DNA of 64,000 bases. It comes from Selaginella moellendorffii. Its lineage: Eukaryota > Plantae > Lycopodiophyta. Below the pieces are notes generated by a model. That model made no database searches and had not been told where the DNA came from. It saw only the letters and a program-made list of their open reading frames with translations. Location of the stretch: the NCBI RefSeq assembly GCF_000143415.4, contig NW_003314293.1, positions 186,001 through 250,000 on the forward strand, read 5' to 3'. How positions within the stretch are numbered: the first letter of the stretch is position 1; the number at the start of each line of letters is the position of its first letter. This document shows positions 59,407 through 64,000 of this stretch, in pieces. A program made the position numbers and the translations under genes.

Positions 59407-62400
59407 ATGGAAGAGAATGGCGGAGGAGGAGCGATGGCGCTGATGGAATCCCGGCCCCGGGACCAACAGCAGAAGGAGGAGGGCGAGGATCGCGATGGCG
59501 AGGGTGATTTCCTGGCGACGGACGAGGAGCAGATCCTGGCTCGCGTCGCCGCGAATCATCTCTTCCTAGGTCAGTTTGAGGCGTTCCGGGCAGCGATCAA
59601 GACTCTGTCCGACAAGAATGCGATGGCCGCGATCGCATTGCTGCGGGCCGTGGTGGTTGTCGGTGGCCGCATGGCAGGTGTTTTGGTGGAATCGCCAGCG
59701 CAGCTCGCATGGATGTGTGTTTTGGAGTTGGAAGAACTGGACGGGACTTCCATCGCCGGCATCGAGCTCGTCAGGGAATTGGTGGAAATGCTCCTCCTGC
59801 TGGAGATGCTAGAAGGGAAAATCACTCTGGATGGTGCTGGGAAAAGGGAGATAGGTGATGGAACTTTAGGATCGAGTAGTAGTAGACAGGGCTGTGGTGT
59901 CGACGCGACGGGAGAGTGTGTAGATAGTGAAGCGGCGAGTCGAGTGATAGACGCGGGGTTTTCGCACGATATCACCTTTTTTTTCCTCGGACGATTGGAG
60001 GGGCTGCTTGGTTCTTCGCAGCAGGGCCGTGTAAATTCTGGTTTTAGCGCAGAGCAGCTGGAGAAGTTGGAGAGCTGGGTCGAGTGTTACACCGTCGCTC
60101 AGCCTGAGACGATGGCTGCGATTTGTAGAAATATTCGAAGACAGAGCGAGCTTGATGAGGAGTTCCGCGGGGATGGTTTCGGTTTTATCTTTCTTCAGCA
60201 GGTGCAGCTTGTTCATTTGAAGCGCATCAAAGAGTTTGTCGATCGAGGGGAACTAGAAAAAGGGATTTCCCACTTGAAGTACCTGGACGAGCGTTGTGGA
60301 GTCCCGGAGGCTGACTTCAGGTGAATCTATGCATTGATTGTAAATCATTGTTTGAGTTGTTCTGGTTCTGGCAGCGAAGTTGTATCGCTACTAGGTGACC
60401 GGTGCGTTGTGGCTGACAAGAAAAGGCTGTTCTCCTTGGCTTATGAAGGCATTCTTTCTTCTGGTAGCACCCGATTGCTAAGTGTGTTGGAGGTAAGTCT
60501 TCGTGCTAACGCGACTTTCTGGCTCATCCTCGTCTGGTTTGCTGCTTCCAGGCTTCCCGGGATAAGCCTATTCAGGCTGAACAGGAAGTTCAAGGTGTTA
60601 TTCCACGTCCATTTTGGAGTTTGCATCAGCAACATGAAGCCTTGCAGCAACAGAATGTGTCAACGGCCGAGACAGTATTACGGGAGTTCATGCGAAACGC
60701 TTTTCATTATTCTCGGGCGAAAGGAGAGCACGTCCTTGAGACAGCTACTAAGATTGCTCTGGATGCCATCAGGACGTCTCAACTCGAGCTTGCGGCAGAT
60801 GTATGTATGCTTCCAGCCATTGTATCGTTTCTTACTGCATCCCTCCGCATTCCTTCGCATTGCACACAGGTAGACAGACAGATAGATTCTAATAACCTCA
60901 TAAGCCTGAGTTTGATTTGTATGGGACTGTTTGGGCAGGCTCTTGTAATAAGTAATGTGTATGTGTTTTCCTCTTCAGGTTCTTGTTCCGTTTCCTAGGC
61001 TTCGCCCATTAGTTGCGGCCATGGGTTGGAACCTCTTGACGTGCAACACAACCGGCCGTCGTAATATGATGGAAACTCTTTGGTATTCGGAATCGAAACT
61101 CGGTAAAGGCTTTCCTACCTCAGGAAAGCTTGTCCATGAAGTAAGTTCTCTTCGACCGTGTAAAACGTTTTGCTGAGTTGCATTCCTTGCAGGTTTCGTG
61201 CATTGAAGACCTGTGTGATCGACTTTGCTACAACTTGGAAGTGGCGTATTTTGTAGCACAAGTAAAATCCGGCTCAAGAAATGAGTTTGAAGGGCCTCGC
61301 TTGCTAAAGAGTGAATCAACAGTACCGTCGGACAGTTTTGCAGCAAATCTTGTTCTTGAACGTCTTGCTGATGAGTCCCCACTTCGTGTAAGTTCATCCA
61401 TTAAAACTCTTGCTAATGAACGAACAAGCGGGCTGTAGGTTATCTTCGATATGATACCGAATCTAAGATTGCGAGATGCGGTAAATTTGTTGAAACTTCA
61501 GCCGGTTTCTTCATCTCTGGATTTGATGCATAGGTATGACGTCCGAGGTTTTGCGTCATCTGTTTGCTAACGTTCGGTCTTAAAAGGCATAATGATTTGG
61601 AACTTCTATATATGCATTATGCTCTTCAGGCTACAGCAGTAGCAATGATAGCAGTGACAGCAGAAGATAAAATTAAGACGGCGGGCTTGACATCGTTGAG
61701 TGAGCTTCAGCAACATCTCGAAGCGATAAAAACTCCAGTCCGCCGAGTAAGTGGAGAAATGAACTGTGGTGTATATTAACTTGTATTTGTTTTCAGCTCT
61801 GGATGCTCGGTATGATCGTCACATTCCTTCAAATGGAGGAGGAGCACGTTTTGGAAGACATGCCTATTGAGGAGGCTTTACAGTCGCTAGACACTTCTCA
61901 ACGATTAATTGAGGACCGTGAACAACTTGTCATGCTTTTTGTGAGGCGCACGCTGGAAATACTGCATCGCTATCTCCCTCCCTCGGGTTTCAGTTTGGCT
62001 TATGGGAAAGCCAAACTTGATCCGGAATGGAGGGAGTGCTGGGAGAACGAGCGCCTCAAAATAAGCCGTTTTGTCGAGGACTGGAACTGGCGCTTGCTAG
62101 TGGTTGAAAGACTGATTTTGCGTCCTGAAGAACAACTGTCGTGGAAATCAGCTCTTGGTATTCTTCACTCCGCACCTCTTTCACTTCTAAACATGTAAGT
62201 TGCTTGGTTCTTTCTTTCTTTCTTTCTTTTCTTTTGTTTTTTGCTAATCCTTTCCCATTCGGGTCTCTAGGTGCATTTTGAGATCTGAATATGACTTAGC
62301 TAAGGATGCAGTCCAGCGGTACTCGCTTACGCTTGAAAATAATGTGCTACTGCATTTGGCTGAATGGCTTCATAATGCTGCTGGGGAAAAAAAGGTACGG

Positions 62401-64000
62401 GTTCCGCTTTGACACTTTGGCATTTGTACTGAACTTTCCTTCAGGGTCCAGAAGAATTACAACGCTTTACTCGTTCATTGGCGCCAGAGTCAAGTGTAAG
62501 CTGATATTTTTTAGATCCACATTCGAGTTTAACGAAATTTCAGTGTGTAACTTGTTTGGATGTTGCTGCAACGCGCACATCATCTATTGAGACCTCCATG
62601 CTGCTTTTGGAAGAAGTAAGGGTTGAAACACATTTCTCTGTAATTCACATCTCTTTCCATTTCCAGTCACGATCGTTGGTATCTGAGGCCACACATGAGC
62701 AGCATTTCGTACCACTTTTCAAGCGTGTTCTTCAAAGGTTTTACGAGTTGCTGGAACAGGTCGGGCTCTATTTCTTTCGCGTGTTTCGTGTGTAACACTT
62801 TGCGTTTTTCAGGGACATAATCAACCCCTTCCTGTTCTTCTCTCTGGCACTAGTGCTTTTTCTGGCTCCGAAAGCCTGCGCCAGGGATCAAAGCAGCGGG
62901 CCTTGACCATGTTACATCAGATAATCGAGGATGCACATAATGGGAAAGGCCAGTTCTTAAGTGGTAAGTTCGTTTAATACCTGTTTGAGCTTGTTTAATT
63001 TTCTTGTGTAGGCAAGCTTCACAACCTTGTAAAGGCCTTAGCGGATGAGGAGCACGAGGATCCTGCCTCGAGGCTGTTGTTTTATCGAAAGCAGCAGGAG
63101 AATGGTTTCGCACTTGGTCTGGGATTTCGTCCTTTATTATTGAGGACACATGAAACAGCCGGAAGCACTGACGAGGCCTTACATCAAAGGCCGATAGGAA
63201 GGAGATATTTGGGACCGTTGCTGAACAAGCCTATGGCTTACTTGTCCGCGTTCATCCTCTATGTGGCAACCATTGGAGATATTGTCGACGGTGTGGATAC
63301 AACTCACGACTTCAACTTTTTCTCGCTTTTGTACGAGAGTCCGGGTGATGTAAGAATGTTTCAGAGGATTTCCATTTTAAATTTTCCATGGAATTTATCT
63401 ATTTTGCAGTTGCTAACTCGACTAGCATTTGAGAGGCGCAGCACGGATGGAGCTGCTAAAGTTGCTGAAGTGATGGGAATAGATCTGGTGCATCAAGTAA
63501 TTTCTGCTTGTGTGTCGCCAGTTCTTCCTCCCAGCGCATCAACAATTTCTCAGCACCCATCCCATGAGCTGGACTTGGACACCATTAAGTTCTTGAGTAC
63601 ACTCTCCCCCGTGCGAACTATCCTGGCATGTGTATTTGGTAACAAGGACTCGAAAATTGGAAATGATTTTGCTGTCGAGCAAGCAGAAAGGTATCCTGTA
63701 TTTTGCTAGTCGATGTTTCTCATCCGTTCCTTTGCTCACAGGTTTCCTTCATTGCAAAGATGGATTCAAATGCAAGCGAATTTGCAAACACTTCGTGACT
63801 CATCTATTCTGTCANNNNNNNNNNNNNNNNNNNNNNNNNNNNNNNNNNNNNNNNNNNNNNNNNNNNNNNNNNNNNNNNNNNNNNNNNNNNNNNNNNNNNN
63901 NNNNNNNNNNNNNNNNNNNNNNNNNNNNNNNNNNNNNNNNNNNNNNNNNNNNNNNNCTGAAGGTGCTGTCATCAAAGAACAATCTATTCCTGCTAATCAC
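59407..64000 (+). CDS. ZFYVE26: ZFYVE26/spastizin (SPG15, AP-5 accessory) homolog, 5' part; multi-exon, runs off the window end
   Basis: LARVAANHLFLGQFEAFRA, VLVPFPRLRPLVAAMGW, NLVLERL...SPLRV, DLELLYMHYAL, and YLSAFILYVATIGDIVDGVDTTHDFNFFSL resemble the plant spastizin family; many short GT-AG introns. Confidence 0.8.
63815..63956. other. Assembly gap (N run) inside the ZFYVE26 gene
   Basis: Run of Ns. Confidence 1.

Noticed and set aside
63766-64000. ORFs containing X runs
   Set aside because: Produced by the N gap

Overview
Eukaryotic plant genomic DNA. The dense, GC-rich genes with ~45-80 bp introns suggest a lycophyte such as Selaginella (inference). The left gene island (1-12 kb) holds TTC5, a GA20ox-like 2OG dioxygenase, NDC1, a UBE3D-like gene and a group-IVB CNGC. 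The right island (54-64 kb) holds RRP1/Nop52, a GT37 xyloglucan fucosyltransferase and ZFYVE26/spastizin, and contains an N gap. Between them is a ~41 kb AT-rich block of nested, decayed transposons: three Ty3/Gypsy elements, Copia remnants, a family of TRIMs and a solo LTR. The most notable object is a ~12.3 kb Mutator-like (MULE/SWIM) DNA element at ~28.0-40.3 kb, nested inside a Gypsy element. Besides its transposase it carries a divergently transcribed, intron-containing gene that fuses a ParB/Srx-like domain to a degenerate beta-class N4/N6 DNA-methyltransferase-like domain. The ParB frame is restored by excising a solo LTR. The element also has two paralogous SGS3/zf-XS-like zinc-finger ORFs, paired palindromes, and atypical ends (asymmetric subterminal inverted repeats plus a 19/20-bp direct repeat). 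All domain calls come from motif recognition by eye; no database searches were run.
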